DNA of 64,000 nt, taken from NCBI GenBank assembly GCA_027604505.1, contig JADIIX010000048.1, positions 1 to 64,000 on the forward strand, written 5' to 3'. The position numbers and the translations under genes were made by a program. The DNA comes from Gonapodya sp. JEL0774 (taxonomy: Eukaryota). Below, piece by piece: positions 63,977-64,000 of this stretch. The notes under the pieces were generated by a model. That model made no database searches. It saw nothing but the letters and a program-made list of their open reading frames with translations, and had not been told where the DNA came from. Position 1 is the stretch's first letter, and each line of letters opens with the position of its first letter.

Positions 63977-64000
63977 CTAAGACAAGTGTGTGTGTTTACG

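Noticed and set aside
1..64000. CRISPR arrays, tRNA/rRNA genes, telomeric arrays, intact transposons
   Set aside because: No regularly spaced repeats, recognisable structural RNA, tandem TTAGGG runs, or transposase/RT motifs were seen by eye.

Overview
Gene-dense, intron-rich eukaryotic DNA (mostly 50-100 nt GT-AG introns), most likely from a zoosporic, chytrid-grade fungus. It combines fungal-type genes (Cbp4-like, fungal NDUFC2-like, Gtb3-like GT4) with delta-tubulin and APH-1, which Dikarya have lost. The species cannot be determined from sequence alone. Genes in order: 3' part of an unknown gene, delta-tubulin, TRA1/TRRAP (-), complex I 14 kDa subunit, a PIN-nuclease/BORCS5 fusion, SUZ-domain protein (-), E/R-rich protein, DUF4050 protein, SRP receptor alpha, RIM2-type mitochondrial carrier (-), GT32, Cbp4-like microprotein, UTP10, NPR3 (-, spans an assembly gap), a giant multi-pass PelF/Gtb3-like GT4, APH-1 (-), and the 3' end of an unknown gene (-). 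The most notable observations are the PIN-BORCS5 fusion, the unclustered Gtb3-like synthase, a degenerate copy of a TRA1 exon-intron junction in the TRA1/NDUFC2 divergent promoter, and a ~130-aa insertion in delta-tubulin. All family calls are motif recognition by eye, not database searches.
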